A stretch of 63,579 nt of DNA, the filler included, from Basidiobolus ranarum (taxonomy: Eukaryota): the NCBI GenBank assembly GCA_040143965.1. It is 39 parts of 39 records of this genome, joined end to end, with 100 filler letters (N's around TTAATTAATTAA, not from the genome) between each part and the next. Parts side by side here need not be neighbours in the genome. Positions count along the whole stretch, not along the records: positions 26,200 to 27,733 come from JASJQH010011776.1; positions 27,834 to 29,367 come from JASJQH010011777.1; positions 29,468 to 30,999 come from JASJQH010011778.1; positions 31,100 to 32,631 come from JASJQH010011779.1; positions 32,732 to 34,263 come from JASJQH010011780.1; positions 34,364 to 35,895 come from JASJQH010011781.1; positions 35,996 to 37,526 come from JASJQH010011782.1; positions 37,627 to 39,157 come from JASJQH010011783.1; 31 more parts are not named here. One strand, written 5' to 3'. Shown here in pieces: positions 26,200 to 38,628 of the stretch (positions within the stretch are counted from its first letter, which is position 1; each line of letters starts with the position of its first letter). The notes beneath the pieces were generated by a model. It had not been told where the DNA came from. It saw only the letters and a list, made by a program, of their open reading frames with translations, and did not search any database. Both the position numbers and the translations under genes were made by a program.

Positions 26200-27733
26200 G
26201 AGTTGATGCCATAAAAATATATTAACAATATCAACAAACAACTCCCAATGTTGCCAATACTTATCAGGCAGAAATCTTGCCATGATTCCACTTGATTATA
26301 TACAAATCTTGTACTTCCAGTCTTTGCATTTGAATAAATGCCTAGATGAGTGGATATTGATGGGAGTCCTGGTAAAATATGACGGTATCTTGACCTTTTC
26401 AAGCATTTTCCCAATTGATTCAAACTTTGATCCTATATCAAATGGCACATTCATGCTGAATTTTCCACTATATAGCTGAGTAAGTGGTATTGAAATGTTG
26501 TTGAATAGGAAGCACATAGTGCCCAATGTAAAGCTCTGGCTCCAGTTGATCCCCTTTAGCAATATAATCTTAGGCTTATGGCCATTACTAAGATTGGTGT
26601 TAGACTGACTATTTGGTGAATTGATATCAGTAATCATGTTGAAATCTGACCAGACTCCTGATGGTGAAATCATGGAGTTTAGTTTTGTATTTGGATAGTA
26701 GTAATGCATATGCCTGAAAGAGTAGACTCCATTGATTTGACAAAATCTACAGCACGTTAGTGCATTGTGCCCCAAAAGCCTCCAATTTTACTGATGGCAG
26801 AAGTGTCACCAATACACACAAAGATATTAGTTTTGACAAAGTACCACCCTTCTGAACCCCACTAGCTAACCATTCAAATTCCACAATTAAAGGTGCCAAG
26901 AAGCTATCTATAAGCACTGGAGATTTAGGTTCAGATATGATGGATAGTATTAAAATAATCTGACCCTTATACTGCTCAGAAGAGGGAAGATTTAAGTTAA
27001 TTAAAATTATTTGCCAGCAATCCTTTCCAATGGAATATTTGTTTGGTGAGAAACCATCCCAAGCCAATGCAAACATATGACCATACTTATTCTCAAAGAA
27101 AACTTGACTTTTCAGATTCCAGTAGTGATGTCCATCTAGTATATTGCTAATACCATCAGCTTCATGGTGAGTACATTGGTATTGTATCAATGATCTATAT
27201 TTGGGTGATTTCATCAAAACTTTAAGATGCGGAAACAATGGTATGTAAGCAAAAAATGAGCAATATCTACCTGATTCAGTATTTGCCATTTGATGGTTTA
27301 ATTACTGAAGGATTATAAGTAATAAAATTGACAAGTGTTTTTCACTTGTACAAGGTCTGTGACAAGCAACAGTTGCCAGTCACCTGTGGTAAAAGTGTAA
27401 GAAAACCAAAAAACACCTGGTTGCTAAGATTGGATTGAAATCTCCACTCTTTAATAATCAAATCTGCTACTTTACAGTAAGTGTTATGAGTGGACTAGTG
27501 CTTGTGAATAAAAAAGAGTCAGTAACAAAACCATTGTCTTCTCCTTCAACTTTGGATATAATATCATCAGTACTGAAATAATCAAGGTCAACATATAGAA
27601 ACATGTCCCTAAAGGGGTCTGGCCCTACTAGTTTGACCAAGTTTGCATTTCTACCTATATCATTCTGGTCATATAACTGTGGTACCTCCATGGTATCTTG
27701 ACTTTTGGCAGTGTTACCAAAACTTTTAGGCAA
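26200..27733 (-). mobile_element. Degenerate CACTA transposase
   Basis: AYIPL, DGF, LINLNLP, HNALTCCRFC, FKCKDW. Confidence 0.9.
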
Positions 27734-27833
27734 NNNNNNNNNNNNNNNNNNNNNNNNNNNNNNNNNNNNNNNNNNNNTTAATTAATTAANNNNNNNNNNN
27801 NNNNNNNNNNNNNNNNNNNNNNNNNNNNNNNNN

Positions 27834-29258
27834 GAAGTCATGTACTGTTTGCACACAATTGGCAATCACTGAATCAGGTAAATATTGTTCATATTTGGCT
27901 TACATACTGTTGATTCCCCATCTTAAAGTTTTGATGAAATCACCCAAATATGGAACATTGATCCAGTACCAAAGTACTCACTGTAAACCTGATGGTATTA
28001 CCAATATACTTGATGGATATCACTACGAGAATCTGAAAAGTCAAGGTTTCTTTGAGAGAATGTATGATGATGCATTTGCATTGGCTCTGGGTGGTTTCTC
28101 ACTAAACATATATACCATTGGAAAGGCTTGCTGGCCAATAATTTTAATCAACTTAAATCTTCCTCCTTCTGAAGAGTACAAGATTCATAATATTTTGATA
28201 CTATCCACCATATCTGGACCTAAATCACCAGTACTTATAGAGAGCTTCTTGGAGCCTTTGATTGCAAATTTGAAAGGTTGTCTAATGGGGTTCAGATGGG
28301 TGAATATTCTATTAAAGTTATTATCACTGTATTTATTAGTGACACTCCTGCCATCAGTAAACTTGGAGGTTTTTGCAGGCACAATGCACTATGTTGCTGT
28401 AGATTTTGTCAAATCAATGGAGTTTACTCTAACAGGCATACACATTCCTACTATCCAAATGCAGCACTAAGCTTCATGATTTTACCTTCACAAGCCCAGT
28501 CAGATTGCAATTGATCACTGATATCAATGCACCAAATAGTCAGTCTAATGTGAAACTTGGTATTAGCCATAAGACTAAGATTGTATTGCCAAAGGGGATC
28601 AGCTGGAGCCAGAGCTTCCCATTAGACACTATGAACTTACTATTCAACAACATTCTAATACTATTTACCCAGCTATATAGTGGAACATTCAATATGAATG
28701 AGTCATTCAAGATAGGATCAAAGTTTGAATCAATTGGGAAAATGCTTGAAAACATCAAGATAACATTATATTTGACCAGGACTCCCATCAATATCCACTC
28801 ATCTTGGCATTTATTCAAATGCAAAGACTGGAAGTATTGGATTTGTATATATTCAAGTGGAATTTTGAAAAGATTTCTGCCTGATAAGTATCCACAACTG
28901 TGGGAGTTGTTTGTGGATATTGTTAATATATTCTTATGGCATCAACTCACTTTGGCAGATCTCAGGTAGATATAGCAACTGAGCAAAGATTTTGTAATTG
29001 GATATGAAAAATTTTATTACAGGTTTAAAGAAGATAGACTGAATCTATACTGGTATTCAATATATTCCCTGCTGCATCTTTCACATTACTTAGAAATTAT
29101 AGGCCCTTACTATACATTTTGGAAGATTCCAATGGAGTACACCTGTGATGAAATGAAGCTCTGGGTGAAATTGATAGTATTACCATATGATAATCTGATG
29201 AACAATGTATCTACAGAATCATTGATGAATGTGATTCAATGGTTTAAGAAGACTCCAG
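27834..29258 (+). mobile_element. Degenerate CACTA transposase
   Basis: WPIILINLNLPP, SGPKSP, DTPA, CCRFC, PLDTM, PMEYTC. Confidence 0.9.
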
Positions 29259-29367
29259 TGTTGAAGTTTATTGTCTTTATCATATATGTTATCTCTATCT
29301 TTATACACCTAACTATTTCATATATCACATATTAGTTAGTCAACATTATTTAGTCAAATATCACTTA
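29259..29367 (+). repeat. Copia family B LTR 5' end inserted at the end of the CACTA transposase
   Basis: TGTTGAAGTTTATTGTC start, matching 36497 and 37416. Confidence 0.88.
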
Positions 29368-29546
29368 NNNNNNNNNNNNNNNNNNNNNNNNNNNNNNNNN
29401 NNNNNNNNNNNTTAATTAATTAANNNNNNNNNNNNNNNNNNNNNNNNNNNNNNNNNNNNNNNNNNNNTGTGTTTGTAAAGAATTGATCACGAACTTGTTG
29501 AATCATTCCCAATTATGCCTGAGCTGGGCGGTATAATCACAAAAAA

Positions 29547-29620
29547 CAACAATGGTTAAATCTATATAACAATGGTTAAATCTATACAACAATGGTTAAA
29601 TCTAGACAATAATGGCTAGG
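29547..29620 (+). repeat. 20-bp tandem repeat, about 3.5 copies (CAACAATGGTTAAATCTATA)
   Basis: Read directly from the sequence. Confidence 0.9.
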
Positions 29621-31099
29621 ATCAAATTGTTCTTTCAGTTGCTCAATGTTATATCCATTAACTGATATAAACTTATGTTCCATTGTTTAAATTCTCCCAG
29701 ATAAAGCCAGTTTACAACATGTTATGACAATTTACCACTTGTTGAACAGTAGCTAGGTATTGATTCAGATGCTCACCTTTATTGAAAGCCTGGTGATTGG
29801 CCAAGATATATGGATCTCCTTCTGTGGCCAAAAGGTGATTGAAAAGGAGACCATCCTGTAATGGAGGCAGAGTGTAATGGAGCTAGAGATTAGATGTCTG
29901 GAATATTATTGACAACTTATGGAGTCTTCTCCACAAAGGATCTATCTCTGCTTGTGTGAGATGTATTAGCATCAACAGGTCAGGCATTAAGGATGCAGTG
30001 GCAGGTGTACTGTGATTCTGTGGCATAACTACTTCAGAATGTTTATCTATCAAACTACCCAACTTTCCATGATTAAAAGAAGACTATGTGCAATACCAAC
30101 TCACCCAATGGATAGTTCTCCTGTAGCCCCAAGTGGTACTAGTTAAGCTTGCTTGTTAAGTAAGAATATTCAAGCAGATTCTTTCCCAATAAATGTGACT
30201 ATTGTATTTTGTAGCAAAGTTGAATTGGGTACCTCTCCAGTGAATATCAATGATGTTGGGTTGCTTAAACTTGGCAAAACATTGCTATTTTGCAAAAGAG
30301 CAGGTGGTAATGTTGCATTAGTTGTCCCATTTCTTTCCAAGTAGTTCCAAAGTCACTTGTAATCTGGACATGTAATATTAGTTTCAAGGAATAAACTCAT
30401 AAATTAGTGCCAAAGCTTAAGGTAAATGCCCATTGGCAGATTCTAGTGAGAGTTATAAATCAATCCAATATGGAATGCTCTCAGCTGAACTGGTACTCAT
30501 TATTGACTTTGCCAAAAAGTAAATGACAGCATTAATGAAAGCAAGATGACTTTGTTTCTGAAAAGACAATGAAATTTTATCTATTTCAGTTACCACCAAT
30601 AAATAAACATTCCCCTCTGCCATCAGAGTGTAGGATATCCTGGCAATCCTTGTCTTTTTTGACAATCTACAGTATACACACTTCAACTTTGGCATCAGAT
30701 GGAAGAATCAATCCTTGCCTACATAGTGATACAGTGATTGTGAATATCCCACAGGAATAATGAACCTGTTTCTAATCATTAACTTTCCATTATCACACTT
30801 AACTCTTGCTATATTGTTCACTGTAGTAGTGGCTACTATGACTTACTGTCTATAATTTCTACATTGACACAAGCAGCAGCAGAAATTGTAGTGCATCAAA
30901 GAGATTTAAAAAGTATGACTACTACTTGTGAAGCCTATGGTGATTCTTTAAGTGCTATATATCTGACTTACATTAATGCTTTGGGTACATGTGGTGCATN
31001 NNNNNNNNNNNNNNNNNNNNNNNNNNNNNNNNNNNNNNNNNNNTTAATTAATTAANNNNNNNNNNNNNNNNNNNNNNNNNNNNNNNNNNNNNNNNNNNN

Positions 31100-31362
31100 G
31101 ACCAATACAAAGATGGATGATGTAAGGATGATCAGGTGACCTTCCATAGAAAGGTCTTGGCGGAAATACACTATGTGTGGGATGACATGGTTGGTTAGGT
31201 TTCATGGAATGTTCCAAAGAACATGACTTCCATATAAGGTAATCTGGATGAACTAACACCATATTGCCAAGAAGGGATGGCAGAGCAGATATGATCTCAT
31301 AATCTACTAATAGAGAAGTTCTATTTGTAGTGGATCAGTAAGCCAAGATCAGAATCATGACA
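31100..31362 (-). repeat. Gypsy family C LTR (5' part) inserted in Copia integrase
   Basis: Reverse complement of about 18513-18775. Confidence 0.9.
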
Positions 31363-32362
31363 ACTACTGTACCTGATGCTCCATAGCAAAGTGAAGTTGC
31401 AGAATATGCTAATAGGATGATATTGGAGAAGGCATGAGCAATTTTACACAATCAAAGATTAGATTATCAACATTGGCTGAATCTGTCTCTACAACAGTCA
31501 GTATCAAGAACAGATGGCCAACAAGAATGCTACAAAATTATACTCCGTTTGAAGCTCTCAATGGATCAAAACCAAGTGTGGATCATCTCAGGACCTTTGG
31601 TTGAACAGCATCTTGCCTAATTCCTGCTTGAAAAAGCTTTATGTTAGAGCCCAAAAGCAGAATAAGTGTATTTCTCAGTTACTGCAATGAATGATGGGCC
31701 TACAGACTGTTTGATACATCAGATCAGATGTTAATAAAGTGCAAAGATGTGATTTCTGATGGAAAAGTATATTTTTTGCCTCAAATTGCCATTGTTACTC
31801 CAAAAAATCACAATCATTACTATTAAGGAGGTGTCTGACTAGATTCCATCTCTATCTGAGCCCAATTCAACCAAAAGTCCAGCTGCAATGGTAAGAAAGG
31901 ATGGCTTTGGACATAGTAGATCATCCAGAAGGAGGAATCAAGATATGTTGGAACTCTTCCACTGTTGATATCTATGCTGTTGCAGCCTTCTGTAACTAGC
32001 TTTTAGACTCTAGTTCAAGCTCTGGAGTGTCCAGAATCAAAATTATGCAAAAAAGCCATATGTGATGAGTTTTCTTCACTTGAGGAAAATAAAACATGGG
32101 TTTCAGGTCCTCTAACATGAGGAAGAAAGCCAACAGGTTTCAAATGGGTTGACTTGGTTAAAAATTAAGCTGAAGGAACTATACAAAGGTACCAAGCAAG
32201 GTTTGTTGCAAAGGGTTATTCCCAAGCTCCAGGAGTTGATTTTAATGATATCTTTGCTTCAGTTGCTAAGTAGAGCTCCATCAGTGCAATCCTGGCACCC
32301 TCAGCTGTCCATAACCTTGATTTACATCAGATGAATGTAGAAAGCCTTTCTGAATTGAAATC
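31363..32362 (+). mobile_element. Highly degenerate Copia integrase to RT start
   Basis: TVP..P.Q..VAE, YKARFVAKGYSQAPGVDF, LHQMNV. Confidence 0.85.
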
Positions 32363-32631
32363 TATTGGGAAAATATGGGCTGTTTGGAGAAACTTTAGAA
32401 AAATGGAGTTGTGAATAGCTTTGTGAGATAATTGTTCATTGTCCAGAAATAAAGCATTTATACTTTATGGTGGAAATACAGAAAACTAAAACTGGGGTTG
32501 TGTTCAGAACATCTGTGGGAGTCAAATGAACTATCTTTGCGGCAATTCGGACGAGTTTGAAATTTCCATGATGGAATTGCTAATTCTCACATTATTCACA
32601 TATATATATAATATATGTTCCGATTTGCAGC
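32363..32631 (-). repeat. Copia family B LTR (3' part)
   Basis: Matches about 36605-36874; ends CCCAATA. Confidence 0.88.
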
Positions 32632-32731
32632 NNNNNNNNNNNNNNNNNNNNNNNNNNNNNNNNNNNNNNNNNNNNTTAATTAATTAANNNNNNNNNNNNN
32701 NNNNNNNNNNNNNNNNNNNNNNNNNNNNNNN

Positions 32732-33308
32732 AGAACTTCTAAGTTTGTAAAAATATTCTAAGTAAATTCCGATTGAGAATAATAGATAATATCTTAGTGA
32801 ATTATAAGATAACTAAGTACTAAGCTATATATGACTATATAGGTGTTTAGGCAATGCTAATTTCAACGCTAAGTTGGTAAAAATATTCTAAATATATTCC
32901 AATTTGGTATCATGGGTGATATCTTAGTTCAATATAGAGTAACTAAATACTAGGCTGTATATTGTTAAAGTATTTGGGAGCCTGTTGGAAGTGGTTGGAG
33001 AATTAGACAATTTGGTGGTTTTCACTTATTGATTTATTGAGTACAAAGCTGATATTTAAACTTTTTCATGATATAAGCACACTAACATGTAGAATGTGTT
33101 AAGGTAGGCCACAGAAACATGTGCACAAAGTTTGAGGCTTCTAGCACAGGTTTGAAAAATCTACATATTGGGGAACTTCTAAGCTGGTAAAAATATTTGA
33201 AGTATATTCCAATTGAGAATCATGGATGATATCTTAGTGAAGTATAAGATAACTAAGTTCTAAGCTATATATAACTACATAGGTGTTTAGGCAATGCTAA
33301 GTTCAACA
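32732..33308 (-). repeat. Stack of family A LTRs (two partial, one full at 32963-33308)
   Basis: Three nested or adjacent copies of the family A LTR; the full copy abuts a PPT. Confidence 0.85.
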
Positions 33309-33565
33309 CTCTCTCTTCACCAAACAGTCATATATACTAATCCTAAGGAAGGTCTGAATTTCTCAAATTTCTGTCTTGCTAATGGTGTAGTTAATGTATT
33401 AGCAATCATGTCATCAGTAGAACAATATGATAAGTCAATATGCTTATTCTCTATAGTCTCTCTGATAAAACAACATATAATACCTATATGTTTACTCCTT
33501 TTATGTAATGTAGGATTTCTAGCTAATTTGATATAACTCTGATTATCTTGATATATTGTATTTGG
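33309..33565 (-). mobile_element. Copia RNase H end and PPT
   Basis: QDNQS.IKLARNP..HKRSKHI...DMIA.TLT.PL. Confidence 0.9.
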
Positions 33566-34263
33566 TGCTGAAATTGGCATTGCCTGAGCACCTATTTAGA
33601 TATATATAGCTTAGTACTTAGTTATCCTAAATTTCACTGAGATATTATCCATTATTCTTAATCAAGATCTATTTATAATACTTTTACCAACTTAGAAGTT
33701 CTCAGATATTTTGATTTTTCAAACCTGGGCTAGAAGCCCCAAATCTTGCACACATGCTCCTGGAACCTTCCTTAACACATTCTCCATGTTATTTTGCTTA
33801 CATCTTGACAAAACTATAAATGTCCATTTTATACTCACTAAATCAACAAGGGAAATCCACCAATTTCTCTAATTCTCCAAGCCACTTCCAACAGGCTCTC
33901 AGATACTTTAAAAGACTATGAGCCCCAAGCTTGCACTCACTGTAGTGTCTACTTCTCAAATTTATGAAACATTTCCCTATTCTGAAAATTGGATGGGACC
34001 AATTATCAAGTTTGGAAAATTAAAATGAAAGTGCTGCTGCAAGAAAAAGGTCTTTGGGACACTGTTGCAGGAGAAGAAAACAATGTAAAACTATCTGAAA
34101 CCAAAGTTTTACTCCAGGTAGAAGAAGAACAAAGTGCCTTTAACACAATTTGTCTTAATTTTAAAGACAAATTGCTAATTCAATGTTCAAGAGCTATAAC
34201 TGCCAAGAAGGTATGGAAAACCTTGGAAGACACCTATCAAACATCAAACATAATGGTCCAACA
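33566..34263 (+). mobile_element. 5' end of Copia family A: LTR 33566-33913, decayed PBS, gag
   Basis: LTR match; GACTATGAGCCC; LDGTNYQVWKIKMK.LLQEKGLWD. Confidence 0.9.
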
Positions 34264-34363
34264 NNNNNNNNNNNNNNNNNNNNNNNNNNNNNNNNNNNNN
34301 NNNNNNNTTAATTAATTAANNNNNNNNNNNNNNNNNNNNNNNNNNNNNNNNNNNNNNNNNNNN

Positions 34364-35266
34364 AAAGTCAAGATACCATGGAATTACCACTGTTATATGA
34401 TCAGAGTGATGTAGGTCAAAATGCAACTTTGGTTGAACCAGTAAGTCCAGACAATTATGAGGACTTGCTGCTAGATATTGACCTTGGTTATTCCAGTACC
34501 AGTGGCAGAAAATCAGAAGTTGAAGAAGAAGACAACGGTTTTGTTATGGACTCTTTGCTGTTGGCAAACATTAGTCCATCCATAACTCTTACTGTAAAAG
34601 AAGCAGCTTTGAATATTCAGGAGTAAGGAGTTCAAACCAATCTTAGGAACCAGGTGTTTCTTGGTTTTCTTACACTTTTACCACAGTTGATTGGCAACTG
34701 TTGCTTGCTAGAGACCTGGTAAAAGTCAAAAACACTTGTCAATTCCATGACTTATAATACTTCAGTAATTAAACTACCTTCATGTCCAAATGGTAGATTG
34801 GCTTTCACTGGTGATCCAAAAAACCTGAAGTCATGTACTGTTTGCACACAATTGGCAATCACTCAATGATATAAATATCAATCATATTTGGCTTACATAC
34901 TAGTGATTCCCTGTCTTAAAGTTTTGATAAAATCAGTTAAACATAGATCATTGATGCAATACCAAAGTACTCACCATAAAGCTGATGGTATTACTGAAAT
35001 ACTTGATGGATATGACTGCCAGAATCTGAAAAGTAAAGGTTTCTTTGAGAACATGTATGATCATGTATTTGCATTAGCTCTGGATGGTTTCTCACTAAAC
35101 AAATATACCATTGGAAAGGCTTGCTGGTTAATAATTTTAATCAACTTAAATCTTCCTCTTGCTGAACAGTATAGAAGTCATAATATTTTGTTACTCTCCA
35201 ACATATCTGGACTGAAATCTCCAGTGCTTATAGATAGCATCCTGAAGCCTTTGATTGTGGAATTTG
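34364..35266 (+). mobile_element. CACTA transposase, N-terminal half
   Basis: AYILVIP, LALDGF, LINLNLP. Confidence 0.88.
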
Positions 35267-35995
35267 TACAATGTAGTGTTGCATTTTATGCAAACACTTT
35301 ATTGCAAAAGTTATCCACAAATCAGCCTTTATTAGCTAAAGAAAGAAACTTGCAGAAAAAGAGCAAAGCAGAAGAAACTAAAATTTCAATTATCAACAGC
35401 ACTGCCGATACTATCTAAACATGCACAAAACCATGGGATTAAAACTCAGCCAAGCCACAGCTTTCCAATGAATCAAGAATTACTCTGATTGGACCATTAT
35501 TGGGCAAGTTAGAGTCACATCTAGAACAACCAATATCTCTGACCTAAGCATGAAGAAAAACAGCTAAGCCACTTTTTTAAGCAAAATTGTTATTTAGCAG
35601 CTTAAGTCGGCGATATCTCAGGATCTAGCCAATGAGAAGCACTGAAAATTTGCACATGCATCAATCATCATACTTTGCTGATGTGTACCAAATATCTAAG
35701 CCACAGCTGATGTAATTGCGATTTTATCACTGATTCTTTATTTTCTAAGCCACATTTAACTAGTTAACATAGGACTTGTTCTCAGTGATAGTGCCAGATT
35801 GTGCTGTATATATCATATTGGATAAAGTATTCTAAAATTTATGCGGCACAATTTGGCACTATCCATCACCCTCTGGCATGATCAATTTCAATCACNNNNN
35901 NNNNNNNNNNNNNNNNNNNNNNNNNNNNNNNNNNNNNNNTTAATTAATTAANNNNNNNNNNNNNNNNNNNNNNNNNNNNNNNNNNNNNNNNNNNN

Positions 35996-36496
35996 TTGCA
36001 ACCAAAGAGGAAGTTTTATTCATTTCTGCCCTATTGGTGACCTCTGAGCAAGACTGTGGGACAGGGTATATTGATTCTGGAGCCTCTCAACATTTCTCTA
36101 ATCAGAAAAATAGCAAGAAACAACCCACCATAGCACTTTCAATAACTGAGACAGAATTCATGGCAGCATCATATATAACAAAGGAGGCTATGTGGTTAAG
36201 GAAACTGCTCAAAGACTTGGGCATTTTTCAAAGTTCACCCACCATAATTATCAAAGGATAATCATAGTTGTATTTCTTTAGCTAAAAATCCCAAGTTTCA
36301 TGTTAGAAGTAGGCACATTGACATTCAACATCACTTTGTTAGGGAAGCTATTGAGAATCAGCATGTCCAATTAGAGTACTGTCAAACTGTGGACATGTTT
36401 GCTGATATTCTTATCCAAACCATTACCCAAGCCAAAATTTGAAGAATTAAGATTTAAGTCATGATCAAGATATATGAATATTTAGTTGAGTGAGAG
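35996..36496 (+). mobile_element. Internally deleted Copia family B (protease fused to RNase H) and PPT
   Basis: YIDSGASQHFSNQKN joined in frame to SKKQPTIAL; PPT TTGAGTGAGAG at 36486-36496. Confidence 0.88.
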
Positions 36497-37526
36497 TGTT
36501 GAAGTTTATTGTCTTTATCATATTTGTTACCTCTACCTTTATAAGCCTAGCTTTTTCATATATCACATACAATTTAGTTAAGATTACTTAGTCAAATATC
36601 ACTTAACTGCAAATTGGAACATATATTATATATATATGTGAATAATGTCAGAATCAGCAATTCTATATTGGAGATTTCAAACTTCTCCAAATTGCCCCAA
36701 AGATAGCTCATTTTACTCCCACAGATGTTCTGAACACAACCCCAGCGTTAGTTTTCTGTATTTCCACCAAAATGTATAAATGCTTTGTTTCTGGACAATA
36801 AATAATTATCTCACAAAGCTATTCACAACTCCACCTTTCTAAAGTTCCTCCAAACAGCCCATATTTTCCCAATATGTTGAAGCTTATTTTTGTGATCATA
36901 TTTATTGCCTCTTCTTTATACACATAACTATTTCATATATCATGTGTAAGTTAGTGAACATTATTTAGTCAAAAATCTCTTAGCTGAAAATTGAAACATA
37001 CATTTTATATATATATGCATTATTTGAGAATTAGCAATTTTATATGGGAGATTTTAAACTTTTCCAAATTGTCTCAATAATAGCTCATTTACTCTCACAG
37101 ATGTTCTGAACATTACCCCAGTGTTAGTTTTCTGTGTTTGTACCAAAATATATTAATACTTTATTTATGGACAATAATTTAATATCTCACAAGCTAATCA
37201 CCTCACTATTTTATAAAGTACCACAAAGCAGCTCATATTTCCCATTAAGTGTGATGTATGAAGCAGTTTAGTGTATAACTATAGACTTAAAAAATGTGAT
37301 GAAGATAAGAAGCTCCAACATCTTAGGGTTAGGGTTAGGCTTAGGGGGGGATGAAAAGCACCAGATGGTGTGGACTTTATTTAGCTTAAATACTAATCTA
37401 AACAAAGTGACAATCTGTTGAAGTTTATTGTCTTTATCATATATGTTATCTCTATCTTTATACACCTAACTATTTCATATATCACATATTAGTTAGTCAA
37501 CATTATTTAGTCAAATATCACTTAGC
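36497..37526 (+). repeat. Three family B LTRs (36497-36874, 36875-37247, 37416-37526)
   Basis: Each starts TGTTGAAG; the first two are directly head-to-tail. Confidence 0.88.
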
Positions 37527-37626
37527 NNNNNNNNNNNNNNNNNNNNNNNNNNNNNNNNNNNNNNNNNNNNTTAATTAATTAANNNNNNNNNNNNNNNNNN
37601 NNNNNNNNNNNNNNNNNNNNNNNNNN

Positions 37627-37950
37627 ATAATATCTTTGTCTGCGCGGATATCCGAATTGAAAAGCAGGCCTGGATTCTCTTTGCTTGAGAAAGTAAAAAA
37701 CAGGAAGAACAAATTTCAACCAACCGAAACAGGCCTAATATACACTAGAAGTAGATACGCAAAAGGAGTGTATGCTTATGTAGTCCTTGCTGGGCCTTCA
37801 AAGCGCCAGAGACAGACTTGCAAGTTTTGTGTACAGCGGGGATTGAAGCCTGAACGAGTTTCAAAGAGATGTATATGTGACCAGAGGGCCATGTGTTCAA
37901 GCTGCCATGTTCATCATTTTGCTGAAGAATTGAACAAAAAAAGAATGTAA
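37627..37950 (+). CDS. C-terminus of a protein with a piggyBac-type cysteine-rich domain (5' truncated)
   Basis: RQTCKFC..(11)..KRCIC....CSSCH at the extreme C-terminus; open frame; CpG intact. Confidence 0.5.
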   Translation: MISLSARISELKSRPGFSLLEKVKNRKNKFQPTETGLIYTRSRYAKGVYAYVVLAGPSKRQRQTCKFCVQRGLKPERVSKRCICDQRAMCSSCHVHHFAEELNKKRM

Positions 37951-38628
37951 ATAATTTTAAAGGTACTAACTTTACATTTATGTAGTCTTTGCGTTTTAAT
38001 AAATGGCTTTTTTTATATTTTTGTGATCAGCCACAAACGGACGATTGATTTTTTTGTAAAACCGATGAATTAAAAAACGAAATATTTGTATATATTATAC
38101 AAAAATTGATAGGAACGTTGGGAACATACTAAACAGCTGATAATAAAAAGGATGACTTGAGAAAAATGCTTTTTGATGGTTTAAATTATTCTTTTGTAAT
38201 TTGAAATAGTACTTGTTAATTAAATATTTTCTAGCAACTCCATTACAAAACTCTGATCTTACATGTGCTTAATTTGAACATGGTAATTCTGGTTGATAAG
38301 TCGATGTCCTGGAATTGAAACTGCATGGCTTATTTGTTGTGACCAAATATTGCCACATCATTACTTATAGATGGCAACAAGCGGGGAATGCTTATTGCTT
38401 GTGACATGCATGTTGTAGAGAAAGTTCCACCCACTGATTTTATTGAAATTAATATAGCCTAAATATCTGTATAGTCATATATAGCTTAGTATTTAGTTAT
38501 TTCGTATTTCACCAAGATATCACCTATGATTCTCAATTGGAATTTACTTATAAGTTTGAAATTATATAGACTTCAAACTTGTCCCAGAGGCCCCAAACTT
38601 TGCACACATGTTCCTGAGACCTCTATAA

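Noticed and set aside
21296-29258. RIP as the cause of transposon decay
   Set aside because: CpA/TpG are abundant, and paired substitutions trace to CpG rather than CpA
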